A stretch of DNA of 64,000 nucleotides from an uncultured delta proteobacterium (GCA_963840855.1 CAWJBB010000030.1:128001-192000), one strand, 5' to 3'; counted from the first letter of the stretch, positions 30,364 to 42,125 are shown. The notes: generated by a model from the letters alone, not told the origin. Translations and numbers: made by a program.

Positions 30364-31854
30364 ATGGACTCCAACAAAAGTCCGAAAAGGACCAAATTAA
30401 TAATTGGGTTACTGATACTCCTCGTCCTCGGCGGCATCATCGGCTACGTCGCCTGGGACCGCGGATTTCGCGAACACCCGCAGCCCGCCTGGATGACGCA
30501 GGATGACGCCACACGCTTCATGTATGGCTCCATAGGAGCGGAGCATGACGTGGGCATCCCCTATTGGATATTTTACGTATTGCCCCGGATGTTTCCCGAA
30601 AAATTTCCCGGCAATGGCGGTTATGCGTCGCTCGGAATTCCTTGGGAAGAAGGGCAGGAGCTGCCCATCGGTTTTACCAAGAAGACCATCGGCTTTCCGC
30701 GCGTCGCTAACAATTGTGCGGCTTGTCACACCGCGAAATACCGCACGGCGGTGGATGCAAAACCGGTTTTCGTGCCCCTCGGGCCGGGCCATACCAACAA
30801 CGTCCAGGGCTTCATGCGCCTCATTATCGATTGCGCCAAAGACCCGCGCTTCAATGGCAAAAACATTCTTTTTTACATCTCGTTGCACACCAAGCTCGAT
30901 TGGATCGACACATTCCTCTACAGATTCATCATCATCCCGCAAACTAAAAAGGTCTTGTTGGCACGCGAGCGGCAGTTTCAATGGATCTATAACAAAGCCT
31001 ATCCGGACTGGGGCCGGGGGCGAGACGACGCGATGAATTTGACCAAGTATTTTATGATCGCGATCGATCCGCCGGACGACGGCACCTTCGGTCCCACCGA
31101 CTTTCCTTCTATCTGGAACCTCAAGAAGTACGATTCCAAAGAGGGCGACAAAAATCCTCAACGGCTCAATCTCGGAGGCGATACATGGGATGCCTATTCA
31201 GTAATAATGGATTCCGCCCTCGGGCTGCTTGGCGCCGCGCCCCATGACAAGGAGGAATTCATCGGGCATGTGAAGTGGATCACGGACTACGCGAAACGGA
31301 CTCCGCCTCCTAAGTTCCCGTTTCCGATCGACGAGAACAAGGCCAAGGCCGGCAAGGCGGTGTTCGATCAGCACTGCGCTTCCTGCCACGCCGAGGAAAG
31401 TGGCAAGGTGGGACGCCCGTTGCCACTGGCGGAGGTGGGCACTAACAAAGACCGTCTGGATACCTGGGGCAAGAAGTACGCGATTGAGTCCAATAAGGTC
31501 GTCAAAAATTTTGGCATCGAACGGCGCGGGTTGGTCGAAGAGGACTCGCCCGGTTACAACGTTCCTCACCTGGACGGGATCTGGCTGCGGGCGCCCTACC
31601 TACATAATGGCTCCGTGCCGAGCTTGCGCGACCTGCTGAATCCGCCCGCGGAGCGGCCGCGCCTATTCTATCGTGGCTACGATCTTTACGACCCGAAAGA
31701 CGTCGGCTTTGTCACCCAGGGCGACGAGGCAAAAAAGGTCGGCACTCCGCACGACGTCAGCCGGAAGGGCAACGGCAACGAAGGCCATCTGTTCGGCACG
31801 AACCTGCCGAGTAAAGATAAAGAAAACTTGCTCGAGTACATGAAGACATTGTGA
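30364..31854 (+). CDS. Second paralogous membrane-anchored di-haem c cytochrome
   Basis: FMYGSIG; CAACH and CASCH; LDGIWLRAPYLHNGSVPSL; GNGNEGH. Confidence 0.8.
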   Translation: MDSNKSPKRTKLIIGLLILLVLGGIIGYVAWDRGFREHPQPAWMTQDDATRFMYGSIGAEHDVGIPYWIFYVLPRMFPEKFPGNGGYASLGIPWEEGQELPIGFTKKTIGFPRVANNCAACHTAKYRTAVDAKPVFVPLGPGHTNNVQGFMRLIIDCAKDPRFNGKNILFYISLHTKLDWIDTFLYRFIIIPQTKKVLLARERQFQWIYNKAYPDWGRGRDDAMNLTKYFMIAIDPPDDGTFGPTDFPSIWNLKKYDSKEGDKNPQRLNLGGDTWDAYSVIMDSALGLLGAAPHDKEEFIGHVKWITDYAKRTPPPKFPFPIDENKAKAGKAVFDQHCASCHAEESGKVGRPLPLAEVGTNKDRLDTWGKKYAIESNKVVKNFGIERRGLVEEDSPGYNVPHLDGIWLRAPYLHNGSVPSLRDLLNPPAERPRLFYRGYDLYDPKDVGFVTQGDEAKKVGTPHDVSRKGNGNEGHLFGTNLPSKDKENLLEYMKTL

Positions 31855-31867
31855 CCTTTTTGATCTT

Positions 31868-31958
31868 TGTTCAAATCGTTCAATACGTTCAAGCTGTTCA
31901 ACGAACCCATTTCGCTCGGACGGCTTGAACGATTTGAGCGGCTTGAACTACTTGAACA
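31868..31958. repeat. Inverted arms of 9-mer GTTCAA-type repeats between convergent genes
   Basis: gttcaaatcgttcaatacgttcaagctgttcaac ... ttgaacgatttgagcggcttgaactacttgaac. Confidence 0.65.
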
Positions 31959-31983
31959 GGCTGCGTGCAGCATTATATGCGCA

Positions 31984-32955
31984 TCAGTCGAGTGAGAATG
32001 ATGTGCCAATTTTGTTTTCTTTCGCCCACCGATAAGCCCAAGCCGTTGCGGTGGTGTCCAGCAACGGCATGCCGACACACTCGAAGACAACCGTCTCGTC
32101 GGCGTCTTGGCGCGCGGGGACTTTGCCCATAATTACCTCGCCCAATTCGCCGGCGATCCTGTCACCCGACCATATACCGGCGGCGATCATCGCCGCATAA
32201 GGCTGGCGCGGCGCCTCGCCGGCCAAAACTTCTTCTTTCCATGAGACGATGATGCGCGATCGGGTGATTAGATCTTGAGGAAGCTGGCCGCCGGTGATGG
32301 ATACGACCAAAGCGCCGGGAGAAATCCATGCAGTTTCAAGCACCGGCGCGCGGGAACTGGTTGCGACACAGACGACCGTCGTATTTTGAATTGCGTCCCG
32401 CGCGCTGTCTACAGCCTGGATTTCGAGGCCCAGCCAGGCGCTCATTTCTTTTGCGAAGGCGACCCGATGCGCTGCCGTCGGACTGAATACTCGCACGCGC
32501 TCGAGCGACGGCAGAGCGCGGCAGATAGCGACCAACTGTCCGCGCGCCTGGCGGCCGCTGCCCAGGAGTCCCAATGTTTTCGCGTGCGGCGGCGCGAGAT
32601 GACGAGCCGCGACTCCTCCCGGCGCGCCCGTGCGCCAGATATTCAACTCTCGCCCAGCGACCAGCGCCAGGAGATCGCCGCTGTCATTGTCGAACAGCAA
32701 GTGAAAATAGGCGTCTTTGGCGCCGCGAAAAAGCGCGCTGATACGCGCGGCGAAACCCGCCCCAGGCACAGCCGCCGTCATGATGCGATATTTTCGTTTG
32801 GTATCCACCAGGCTGGTTTCGACTCTGATTTGATCGGCCACTTCGTCGCGCCCGTGCGCCCCGAGCGAGGCTTCGATCAGATTCAGCAGCTCGTCCATGG
32901 CTGCCGGAGTTTGATACAGTTGCTTGAGGTCGTTTTCGCTTAATATAATTGCCAT
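31984..32955 (-). CDS. Ornithine cyclodeaminase/mu-crystallin family protein
   Basis: RTGAPGG, GSGRQA, VATSS, GELGEV..G...R, FECVG. Confidence 0.85.
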   Translation of the reverse strand: MAIILSENDLKQLYQTPAAMDELLNLIEASLGAHGRDEVADQIRVETSLVDTKRKYRIMTAAVPGAGFAARISALFRGAKDAYFHLLFDNDSGDLLALVAGRELNIWRTGAPGGVAARHLAPPHAKTLGLLGSGRQARGQLVAICRALPSLERVRVFSPTAAHRVAFAKEMSAWLGLEIQAVDSARDAIQNTTVVCVATSSRAPVLETAWISPGALVVSITGGQLPQDLITRSRIIVSWKEEVLAGEAPRQPYAAMIAAGIWSGDRIAGELGEVIMGKVPARQDADETVVFECVGMPLLDTTATAWAYRWAKENKIGTSFSLD

Positions 32956-33075
32956 GAGATTGCCTATAGCAAAATCATCCGGAGATTGTTACGGCTTTAT
33001 CTAAAGGCGTGTTTGACGGGGTGGCCTCGGACCCATCCGGCGCTGCTTTGTCTTTGTTGAAAGGAGCGGAGTGAT

Positions 33076-33973
33076 ATGGACCACGATTCAAACGTTTTGA
33101 AACTTAAAGCGCTGCTGGGCGACTATCCCAACACGTTGGCATTAAAGAAGGGCGAAGTCCGTTCGCCCCATATCACTTTTGATTTTGCCGACGTGAAGGC
33201 GCCGAGCACCGCTTTCAAAGACGTCGTGCGGCATCTGAAGTATGATGTCGCCGAGCTGGCGATCGTGACTTACCTGCAGGCCAAAGCACATGGCAAACCG
33301 CTGGCGCTGCTTCCCGCCGTCGTCGTCGGCACGTTGCCGCATCCGTTTCTAGCCTATAACGCCGAGCGCGGTCAGCTCACGCCCGCCGATCTCAAGGGCC
33401 GCCGCGTCGGCATCCGCGCCTATTCCGTGACAACCGCGGCCTGGATCCGCGGTATCCTGCAAAACGATCACGGCGTCGATCTCGATAGCATCAAGTGGGT
33501 GACTTTCGAGGATCCCCACGTCGCCGAGTATCATGATCCTGCCACAGCGGAGCGCGCGCCCGCCGGCAAGCAACTCGCACAGATGCTCTTCGATGGCGAA
33601 ATCGATGCGGGACTCGTCGGCGGGCCCGATCTCAAAGACCCGAGACTCCAACCGCTGATTGCCAATCCCAATGAAGCAGCGAAAGCATGGTGCCAACGCA
33701 ACGGCGCATTACCGATCAATCATATGGCTGTGGTCAAAGAATCACTGTTAAAGGCGAACCCATCGGCAGTGAAAGAGATCTTCCGCTTGCTGCGCGAGAG
33801 CAAGCTGGCCGCACCCGACGGCAAGCGGGATAGACCCCATTCAGTTCGGCGTGGAAAATGTCCGGCGCAGTTTGGAATTGATCATCGAGTACTCCGTGCA
33901 GCAGAGGTTGATTCCGAGAAGATTTGAAGTCGACGAATTGTTCGATGACGTCACTCGCGCATTGGGCGGGTAG
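33076..33973 (+). CDS. 4,5-dihydroxyphthalate decarboxylase-like/SBP-fold protein (frameshift ~33825)
   Basis: DVAEL, DLKGRRVG.RAYSVT..WIRGIL, PINH; continues FGVENVRRSLE...ELF in another frame. Confidence 0.75.
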
Positions 33974-34144
33974 TATTCGTATGGGTTCGACGGACCGCCC
34001 TTTTCGAAATGCCGGATCATCGTGTCCGCCAGGAGTTGGACGCCTGGCGGCCGACGGAGGCTCTCGCAACCTGCGAGCAGGAAAACCGAGAGCAAAGGGA
34101 ATAGAGGAAGCAGTATCAGGTCCTTCGTTTGTCCAAGCTTCCCG

Positions 34145-35200
34145 TTAGCGGGGTGGCAGAGGGTCTCCGCCAGCGAGTTTGTTGAAGAACTCGATAACTT
34201 CACGGTCGCGAGGGATTTCCTTCATCGCCTTTTCCTGGTCTTCTGCCGTCAGAGGCGTAGCATCAGCGCCCGTGAGTTTTTTGAAGTCCTTTAGGAACGC
34301 GGGGTCCCGAAAAGTCTTGCGCAAGGCGTCCGCCACAATCTCGACGCGATCCTTAGGAGTTCCCGGGGGAAAGAGATAAGGCGTGCCAACCAGCCTGAAA
34401 GCTCGGTGCATGAGCAAGAGTTTTTGCTCCCTGGCGGATTTAGTAAAGCTCTCGAGCGTAGGCAGCTGAGCGAACCGAGGATGCTTGGGGACTTTGGGAG
34501 TCTCGAGGATGGCGTGAAAATCTACCAGACCCTTGTCAATCCAGCCCGGCGTTCTCTCGACCGATTCCGAGACCTGTGACCGGCCATCCACCTCTCCCTG
34601 GGCGAGAGCGACGACCATCTCCGGGTCGCTGTAGCCGGTAACGAACCTCGGCTCTTTCAAGCCGAGCATGTAGGCAAACGTACGGCCGGTAAGATAAATT
34701 TCGTGCCCGACTGCATGAGCCACAATTCTCAGCCCTGTGTGGGCGCGCAGTTTCTCCAAAGTGCTGAGCCCGAGATTGCTGTTTGTCAGAAAAATATAGT
34801 GAGTCCCGGTGTTCGGCGTGCCGAGATAGATGAATTTGTCGAGATCATATTCGACGCCGGGCTCACCCAGGATGGCATTCGATATGAGCCCGCTACCAAT
34901 GTTAGCGAGGGTTAGACCGTCGGGACGAGCCCTATGATACATGTAATTTCCCGCCTTTCGACCTCCGCTGCCCTCCATGAACTCCATTACGATGGTAGGA
35001 TTTCCAGGAATGTGCTTACTCAGGTGGGGAATGACAGCTCTGACTCTTCTCTCTCCTACCCCGCCGGGGCTACTGCCGCGAACAAGAGTGATGGTCTTCC
35101 CTTGATAAAAGGGGGTTTGTGAAAAAGCGAAATCTGGAGCGAAATGAAAGATGAGCAATAAGCTAAAGGCGACATGCAATAAGCGTCTTTGATCTCTCAT
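34145..35200 (-). CDS. TctC/Bug-like tripartite transporter substrate-binding protein
   Basis: FYQGKTI, KHIPGNPTI, PDGLT, PPGTPKDRV. Confidence 0.85.
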   Translation of the reverse strand: MRDQRRLLHVAFSLLLIFHFAPDFAFSQTPFYQGKTITLVRGSSPGGVGERRVRAVIPHLSKHIPGNPTIVMEFMEGSGGRKAGNYMYHRARPDGLTLANIGSGLISNAILGEPGVEYDLDKFIYLGTPNTGTHYIFLTNSNLGLSTLEKLRAHTGLRIVAHAVGHEIYLTGRTFAYMLGLKEPRFVTGYSDPEMVVALAQGEVDGRSQVSESVERTPGWIDKGLVDFHAILETPKVPKHPRFAQLPTLESFTKSAREQKLLLMHRAFRLVGTPYLFPPGTPKDRVEIVADALRKTFRDPAFLKDFKKLTGADATPLTAEDQEKAMKEIPRDREVIEFFNKLAGGDPLPPR

Positions 35201-35833
35201 GGTTCCCTCCTTGGATTGATAGAGGAATCTAGGCAGCTTGCTTTCGCCGTGTCAATATGGCGCTTGTGACGTAATCGGGTAACCGTAATCGTGTCAGACT
35301 TGCCTAACGCTACTAACTCCAGACTTTGACAAATCAAACAAAGACAATCACGTCCTCAAGCCGGGAACCGCACGGTGATGGTCAAGCAAGGACAATCGAT
35401 TCTGCTGAAAAACCCCCGTTTGATTTTCGATCGACGCTAAGAAAAGGTGCTGCTGCGAACGCGATGTTTGCCAAACGGGAAATGTTTACGGGGTTACGGC
35501 GCCACAACCAAGAGAAGTGGCTCGCTCCTAGCCTAAAGCCGGACTCAATGCCGCTGTTCTCATTTGGAAGGCGAGCAAATTTAGATATCGTTTCACATTG
35601 CATGCAGCCCATCTACAAGCCCACGCGCGCCACTGCGCCTCGCCTTCCCAGCCGCACTCGCGTCGCGATGGCTGCCGGGACTGTTCCCGGAAAAGACGGA
35701 ATAGCCTGCGTCCCATCTCATGGCTGCACATTTCGAGACGAATAGGGTCCGGTCCTTGATCGTGCTATTTGGGAGGCTCAGGAATATCTTTGCTCCCGCG
35801 CCCCGGGCGTGAGTAAACATCGGTCTGTTGGTG

Positions 35834-35851
35834 AGCACCAAATATGGTGCT
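35834..35851. promoter_or_regulatory. Palindromic operator upstream of the phd antitoxin
   Basis: AGCACCA-AATA-TGGTGCT overlapping an extended -10 TGCTATCTT. Confidence 0.55.
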
Positions 35852-35882
35852 ATCTTTGATGTCATCGAAGTGGGAGGACGGC

Positions 35883-36167
35883 ATGCCGATCAATCTTTCA
35901 GAAGACATTCGCTCGGTGACAGATCTTAAACGCAAAACCAAGGAAATTCTAAGTCAGGTTCATCGCACCAAAAGACCGGTCGTGCTGACGCTCAATGGCA
36001 AAGCTGACGCCGTCCTCATGGATACGACAACGTATGAGAAGCACCTGAAGGCCGGCAACATGGCACGGTACCTTGCTCCGGCGGAACAAGATATTGCAGG
36101 CGGGCATAGTCGATGGATGCGAACCTTTCTGAAAGAATTCAAACGTGCCCGCAAAATTCCGCGTTAG
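35883..36167 (+). CDS. Phd/YefM family antitoxin
   Basis: DIRSVTDLKR...KRPVVLTLNGKADAVLMD..YE. Confidence 0.9.
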   Translation: MPINLSEDIRSVTDLKRKTKEILSQVHRTKRPVVLTLNGKADAVLMDTTTYEKHLKAGNMARYLAPAEQDIAGGHSRWMRTFLKEFKRARKIPR

Positions 36168-36459
36168 GATCACGCGCACGGCGGAGCGGAACGTCGAGAA
36201 CATTTAGAGTTTTATCGCGCAAGACAGCCCGGAAGAAGCCAGTCGGTTTATCGACCGTCTGGAAGACTAGATCGCAACCCTGGAGCGGTTCCCCGAAAGA
36301 TGTCCCCTCATTCCTGAAAACGAAATTCTCGGTACGCGATACCGACATCTGCTTTACGGTAGCTACCGAAGCGTGTTTCGCGTTAGGGGAAAAACGGTTT
36401 ACGTTATGCGGATAATCCATGGAGCGAGGCTTTTAGACAGCTCCATGTTCGAAGATTAG
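36145..36459 (+). pseudogene. RelE/ParE family toxin with two in-frame TAG codons (36205, 36268)
   Basis: Manual translation VPAKFRVRITRTAERNVENI*SFIAQDSPEEASRFIDRLED*IATLERFPERCP...YRHL...VYVMRIIHGAR. Confidence 0.85.
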
Positions 36460-36654
36460 CAACGAGCGAGGCGACGGCGCTTGTTCCGTATGCACTATCC
36501 TTTTGCCGGTGCGATTCGCCAGCAAGAGTGTTACACGCACGAATTCTCCGTGCGAAGTCGTGCCGACGAACACGTCTCACGAACACGATCACGACGGCTC
36601 GAAGACAGCGAGCCAATCCCGGAAGAATGTCGAGACGGAGAATCCGGTTAACCG

Positions 36655-39439
36655 TTAAACGTTGTTCTGCTCGGGTGCGTGGGGAGTTGTTCTTCGTCTG
36701 CGTCTCCGTTTGTATTCAGCGAAAGCATCGACGTCTGTCTCGCCCGAACGTAAGAAGTCCAGGAAGCTTACCCCTTTGAATTTGCAGCTTTGGCAAATGC
36801 TAAGAAGAATCAAATACTCGCGAATTCCTTTTTCGTTGGGCAGACCATTAAAATCTCTACGCAGCAACGCAAATGCTTTGATCGCGTGTTCAGCGTTGTT
36901 GTTATTCCAAGGCACTCCGTCAAAATCCAAAAAGGTGAAAAGGCCGCAGCGGTTCTTTTCCAAGCGCGTTTTGCACTTCAGTGCGGTTTCGGTCTGATAC
37001 TCTCGATCAGCGAGGCTCTTGAAATAGCGATCCACAGCCATCTTATGCGCACGCAGGAAGCGGGCTTTCAAGCCAAATCGGTCCACCGTCGCAATTATCG
37101 CCCTCAAGAGCACGGCAAACTCACTAACGAGTCCCTTCATCTCCTCGTTGAAGGGTTCTTTCATCAAGTCGTCGTTCAGGTCCCGAATCAGGTGAACCAA
37201 GCACTTCTGCTGCGGGCAATCCAAGGAGTCATAGGCGGCATAGAAATCAGAAACGAGCACCCCTTTGAAATCCTTGAGGAGAGAATGCACCAAATCCCCT
37301 TCCCTCGAAGCGGCATATACGTACACCACATCTTCCAAGTTCGTGAACGCCCAGACATATCCAACACCAGTCTTCAGGTTAACTCTGGTTTCATCGGCAT
37401 GCACGAGGCGCCCAGTTGCTATCTTCTTAATTAGTCTTTCGTAAGTAGCCTCGTAGAATGCAGCGGCGTTTGCCTTGAATCTGTTTGCCATACTGCGGGG
37501 AAGATCGAACCCAAGCACCTCATTCAGAAAGATGGCCACTCTATTTAGTGGTATCCCAAGTCCAATGTTCTCGTATACGGAGAAAGCACGGAGATTCTCG
37601 CCGAATTTTTTGTTGGTCCAAGTGTGGTCATGATTCCGAAAGACAGCCCTACATTCCGGGCACCGATAGAGGTGGAAGAGATACCTCGTGATCCATCTTT
37701 TGATTCCATAGATACCGAACTTGACGTCAAGCACGGTTTTGCTGCACTTTCGGTGCTTGTAGATTTTTGTGCCGCGACACTTGGGACAGCGTACAGGCGC
37801 AGACCACGTAAGGATTTTGTTTGCGCGGAGCTTGGCCCGCCTCGGTTTGTGAGCTTTCTGTGCGATTTTCCTGAGCCGCTGACTAGATCTAACCAAGATT
37901 CTTTCCCGCTGGTAATTCCAATAGGCGGCTTGGTTGATCGTCTCAAGTTCGGGGACTTGAAACTGCACCTTTTGAAACTTGAAGAGTGAGTTCCGGGGCA
38001 AGGATTCGACGTTGACAACCAGATCGCGGTCCCCATCTGTCGGTACAGCGATTGATGTCGAAAGGCTGCTGAGAAACTCAGTCAAAAGCCGCAGGCCTTC
38101 ACAGTCCTCCGCGTTGTACTCTATCAGCGCTTCCTTTACCGTCGGGTGGCGTGACTTCTCCCATTGGAGCCGCCAAATTACCGCCATCGCGCCCGATGCG
38201 TTCGGCGCTGACCATTTGAACCCCAACGACTTAGCACAGTCTTTGAGGCCGTTTGAGTGACTGGGAAAGTAAATACTCGCAAAAACGACGGACAGTAGAT
38301 TCAATGGTGATGCCACCGCTGTTGCCGCTCCTGAATTCATTGCCGGTTCTCCGTGCCGTTCACACATCCGCTTCAGGAACGTCGTTTCGTAACTGCCGTA
38401 GTGGATCAACACCGGATTATCGAGCCCAGAGAGCACCTCGAGAAAGTCGCTCCAGATTCGTCTCTCTTCGTCCACGCTGTCGGCCCACAAACTGTGCTGA
38501 ACGATTTTTTGCGCAGTTTTGACCCGGACGCCGATGAGGTAATAGAAATCACGATCTGGAAGTCCCTCGACATCTAGATACACAGGCGTCCCCTCAAGCT
38601 TCAAATCCGGACTGTCGACGATGTGGATTTTGCGCTCCCGAATCGCGAGAGCCTTAAGGGCGTGGTGATACTTCCCGCGCTTTTGAGCGAGGCGCTTTGG
38701 CCTGCGGCGTGGCCGGAAGGTGTAAGAGAGTTGGGTAACGCTGAAGATGCCCTTGCTGTGGAACTTTCTTCGCTCCTTCTCAGTCATCCGAGAGAGAAGG
38801 CTGAGGTCGTCTTTCTCAATCGCCTTTTGGCGACATCGGATTTGAAACTCGCATGCTGCACAATGCCGATTCAGAACGAGGTCGGGCGGTGATGGACTGG
38901 AAAGCAGCGCGGCAATCTTCCCGGTCAGCTTTCGCACCTCGCCTGCCAGAGGCGAAGTCTTGACCTTCAGCGTGGCATGGTGATCTCCGTAGATTATCTT
39001 GCCAAGGGCAACGTTACGTCCGTGGATCTCCGACAATATGAGCGCGTCGAACGCGAGCAACACTTTGTCGTCGCGAGTGAGTTTGTTGGTGAAGACGAAC
39101 CGAATCGGAATGAACTGAACGGGCTTGCCGCGCCCCTCTAACGAGAAGCGTTCGACCGCATGCATGCTAGATTCTAGATTCTCCGTATGGGCAACGACGT
39201 CGACAGCCAGTCGCCACTTTGAGGTTTTGAGGCGGCCCATATCGGACGAGGTGCGAACGCATTCACCGGAGGGGAGTCTATCAATTAAGCGTTCACGCCC
39301 CTCGTTACGGTAGCTCTCGCTCTCGGTCTGTATCCAGTTCGCGTAAGGATTGCTTACTGTCAGTTTCGCCCAGCGATTTGAGGAAGCATTTGGTGGGGCA
39401 TTTTAAGTAGGCCTCGAATACACCGGATGTCACAGTCAT
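36655..39439 (-). CDS. TM0106-like nuclease/RNase_H_2 fused to IS66-type DDE transposase (frameshift near 39350)
   Basis: N-terminal FEAYLKCPTK; HCAACEF; YLDVEG, HYGSYE, LKD.A..LGF.W, YNAED; CPKC..CPEC; HADET, SDFYAAY, QKCLVHLIRD, WNNNNAE. Confidence 0.8.
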
Positions 39440-39832
39440 GGCACGAGCACACTCCTGTCCAGGACAAGGGATATCAACATCGCACAAACTGGGCTAGGAG
39501 GGGCCGCTAGTGATGGGATCTTAAAATGACTAGGGGAAGAAAACGAGGGGAAAAAAAGGGGTCGTGAAAAGCGCTGGGATGAACCGGCATGCAGTAGCGG
39601 ATGAGAGAGCCGCACAAGAAAGGAGCGAGCAACTGGATTGTTGTCTTGCTAGAATAAATTCTTAATTTCGCCGCCTTCATAGTAATTCCACTTAAACAAC
39701 AACGTTAATTGCCCCCCAGAGGCATTTATTCTTATTCCTTCTCTCTTGCAAAGCCCGTGACGGATTTTTACCGAGCGCGGGAGTTGTGTTATGGCTCCAT
39801 GTGCAATTAGCTTACATTCCCGTGGAGGTGCT

Positions 39833-40276
39833 ATGGCTGAATCACCAAAACTCTGCCGTTATTGCTTCCAGGAAATAAACCCACTCGCGACAGTTTGCCA
39901 TCACTGTTCAAAATTACAAACCGGATTTTTCAAATTCCTAAATTATATTACGGTCGCGGAGGTACTGTCTTTCTTCATATCCTTAGGTCTCCTATGGTTC
40001 TCTGTAGCACAATTTAATACTGCTAACTCGCAACTTGTTCAGGCCAGCGAGGCAAACTCAAAAGCTGAGAGCGCTCTAAAAAAGGCTACTGCTATAGAAA
40101 CCCAAGTTTTGGACGCCCGTCGCGACGTGTTAAAGGTCGCCGAGTGCGTCATGGAAATTGCTCAAATACTTCCACGCACGGGCGGATTTGGCGGAGGGTT
40201 AGGAGAGCCAGATAAAGAAATACTTAAGAAAAATTTGGATTGTTTGAGAAACTTACCCAGTAAGTCGAAACAATAG
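39833..40276 (+). CDS. Hypothetical zinc-ribbon plus TM protein (low GC)
   Basis: CRYC..CHHC, TM helix, coiled region; GGAGG RBS. Confidence 0.6.
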   Translation: MAESPKLCRYCFQEINPLATVCHHCSKLQTGFFKFLNYITVAEVLSFFISLGLLWFSVAQFNTANSQLVQASEANSKAESALKKATAIETQVLDARRDVLKVAECVMEIAQILPRTGGFGGGLGEPDKEILKKNLDCLRNLPSKSKQ

Positions 40277-40580
40277 ATGAAACTATTCTTCTATCTCCGC
40301 CGGCTTCGGCAAAGTGCACGATGAGTCAAGAAAGCAAGTCAAAAAAGGGGACGATTTTTGGACCGCGGAATCTAAAAGTAGCCTGTTCCCATTTGCTATC
40401 CCTTGAGCTCCTACTACGGAAGCAGACGAGGCGGCTGCAAAAACGATAATGCTCGATAGCCACTTCAAATCGACCTTCTTCGCACAACGTCGCCTACATT
40501 ATCATGGCCCCGCATCTTTCGACCACAACCGTTCGAGGTGGATCCCAGGCACGGTGCGGCGCATGTTGCTATGGTCTGCG

Positions 40581-40677
40581 GCTCAACCCTTAACGCTAAC
40601 CTGCCGCCGACCGGGCAACGCGTGGCGGGACCCAAGAGCAACGCGCTTGGGCGGTCAGGTTGAGCGCCTCGTTAGAT
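40581..40677 (-). mobile_element. Integron attC-like recombination site
   Basis: Minus strand: ATCTAAC-GAGGC-GCTCAACC...GGTTAGC-GTTAAGG-GTTGAGC; extra C in L''; 7 bp after the stop of a minus-strand ORF. Confidence 0.65.
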
Positions 40678-40684
40678 TGCACCG

Positions 40685-41540
40685 TCATTGCGTTGGGGGC
40701 CTCGGGAGTTGAGAGTCCAATCCCCGGCGCGAATCATCGGATGGGACGCGGAACAAGCGCTGAGCATTTTTTAGGTGCGCGGTTGTTCGCAAGCTGAGCC
40801 AGTGCTCGCGAGTCCGGAAGAAGAGCTTACATGAAACCCAAACAAACGTGGCCTCCTGTGGCACCGAAGTGACGTAGCTGTGACGGAACGCTAGCTTAGG
40901 ATTGATGTACGCGGCGTTCGCGAAAAGCCGCTTGCTTCCAATTCGCGTATCTATGGAATTCGGAAAATGAAGCGGGTGATTTATACGCTCATCGCCATCG
41001 CGGATTTCATCCAAGGGCAGGAGATATCGAACGGACAGCTGAAAATCCTCGGTAGAATTGCCTAACCAGTCCTTTGTTCGAGAGAATTGTGGCCACCTCA
41101 ATCAGCCACTGGTGATCTTGGATTCCTGCGAAAGAGACTTCAGATGCTGAGTTCTGTGCTCGGTTCCGCCTCGCGTCGGACGAGAAACAGCCACGATGCC
41201 CATACCCCGAGGCTATCATCCCTAAAGCGGCTAGCAGGACTTGCCAGGTCAGCGAGTGCCATAGAATCAATCTAAGAGTACCTAGTTCTGTATAGTACGC
41301 CATATTCATTAGGCTCGCCTTGCTGTCACTTTGACCGTTTTTATAATGGAGGACGATTTGTAAAGCTTCTCTGATGACACAAGCCGACAAATGCTGAAAG
41401 TTGTTTCTGTATAGTTAGGCTCATCAGGGTTGTGATTCTGTTACCGAACCCAAGGCAAACGTATGGCAACTGGCAAGCTTAGAATACTCGACTCTACAAG
41501 AACGTCCGGACGGCTCGCTGCAAACGAACTCTTAACCATG
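40685..41540 (-). pseudogene. Degraded or frameshifted low-GC cassette-like ORF(s) of unknown function
   Basis: Overlapping fragments 40685-41101 and 41007-41390 ending at the attC-like site. Confidence 0.35.
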
Positions 41541-41576
41541 CAACCATTGGTCGGACCACGCTATATCTTATTTCTT

Positions 41577-41870
41577 TCAGGGTTTTTTCTCCCAGAGAAT
41601 AGTATTGTCCGGCTTTAGCGCGTCACTTTCGCTGACGAAATTACCCGCATAAGCTTCACTCTTTTCGCACAGCGTATACGTCCCGCCCACCGTGACTTGG
41701 TTTTGGTACCCGATCTTGCTCTTGACCTTTTTGACGCCAGCCAAACTGCCAACCGCGATCGCTTCCGACCAGTGATTCACTTGCACCGCCGTCTCGCCGG
41801 TAAGGCGCTTCTCCTAACCATTGGCGGTGTGCTTGCTGAAAGTCCCGGCGATACCACGAGCATCTATAGG
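41577..41870 (-). pseudogene. C-terminal relic of a REP-associated tyrosine (Y1) transposase
   Basis: HWSEAIAVGS...VKKVK...Y.L.E..EAY resembles the RAYT C-terminus. Confidence 0.55.
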
Positions 41871-42125
41871 GTTAGCGACTTCACGGGGGTCGGACCTGCG
41901 TGAGATCTTGATTCCTCAATGTAAGTTTGCAAAATAGGCGTTCTTGAAAGGCTTAGCCGTAGCTTTTTGGCGTTGAAATAGACGATCTAAGGCAAACAGA
42001 AAGCCCGTTCCAGCCGTTCCAAACGTTCCACCGCTTCGCTCCGTTCAAATCGTTTAAGAAATTGAGACTCGGCCAAGACTTTGAGGACGCAACGCCATTG
42101 AACCGCTCACTCTAAGAAATACGCG

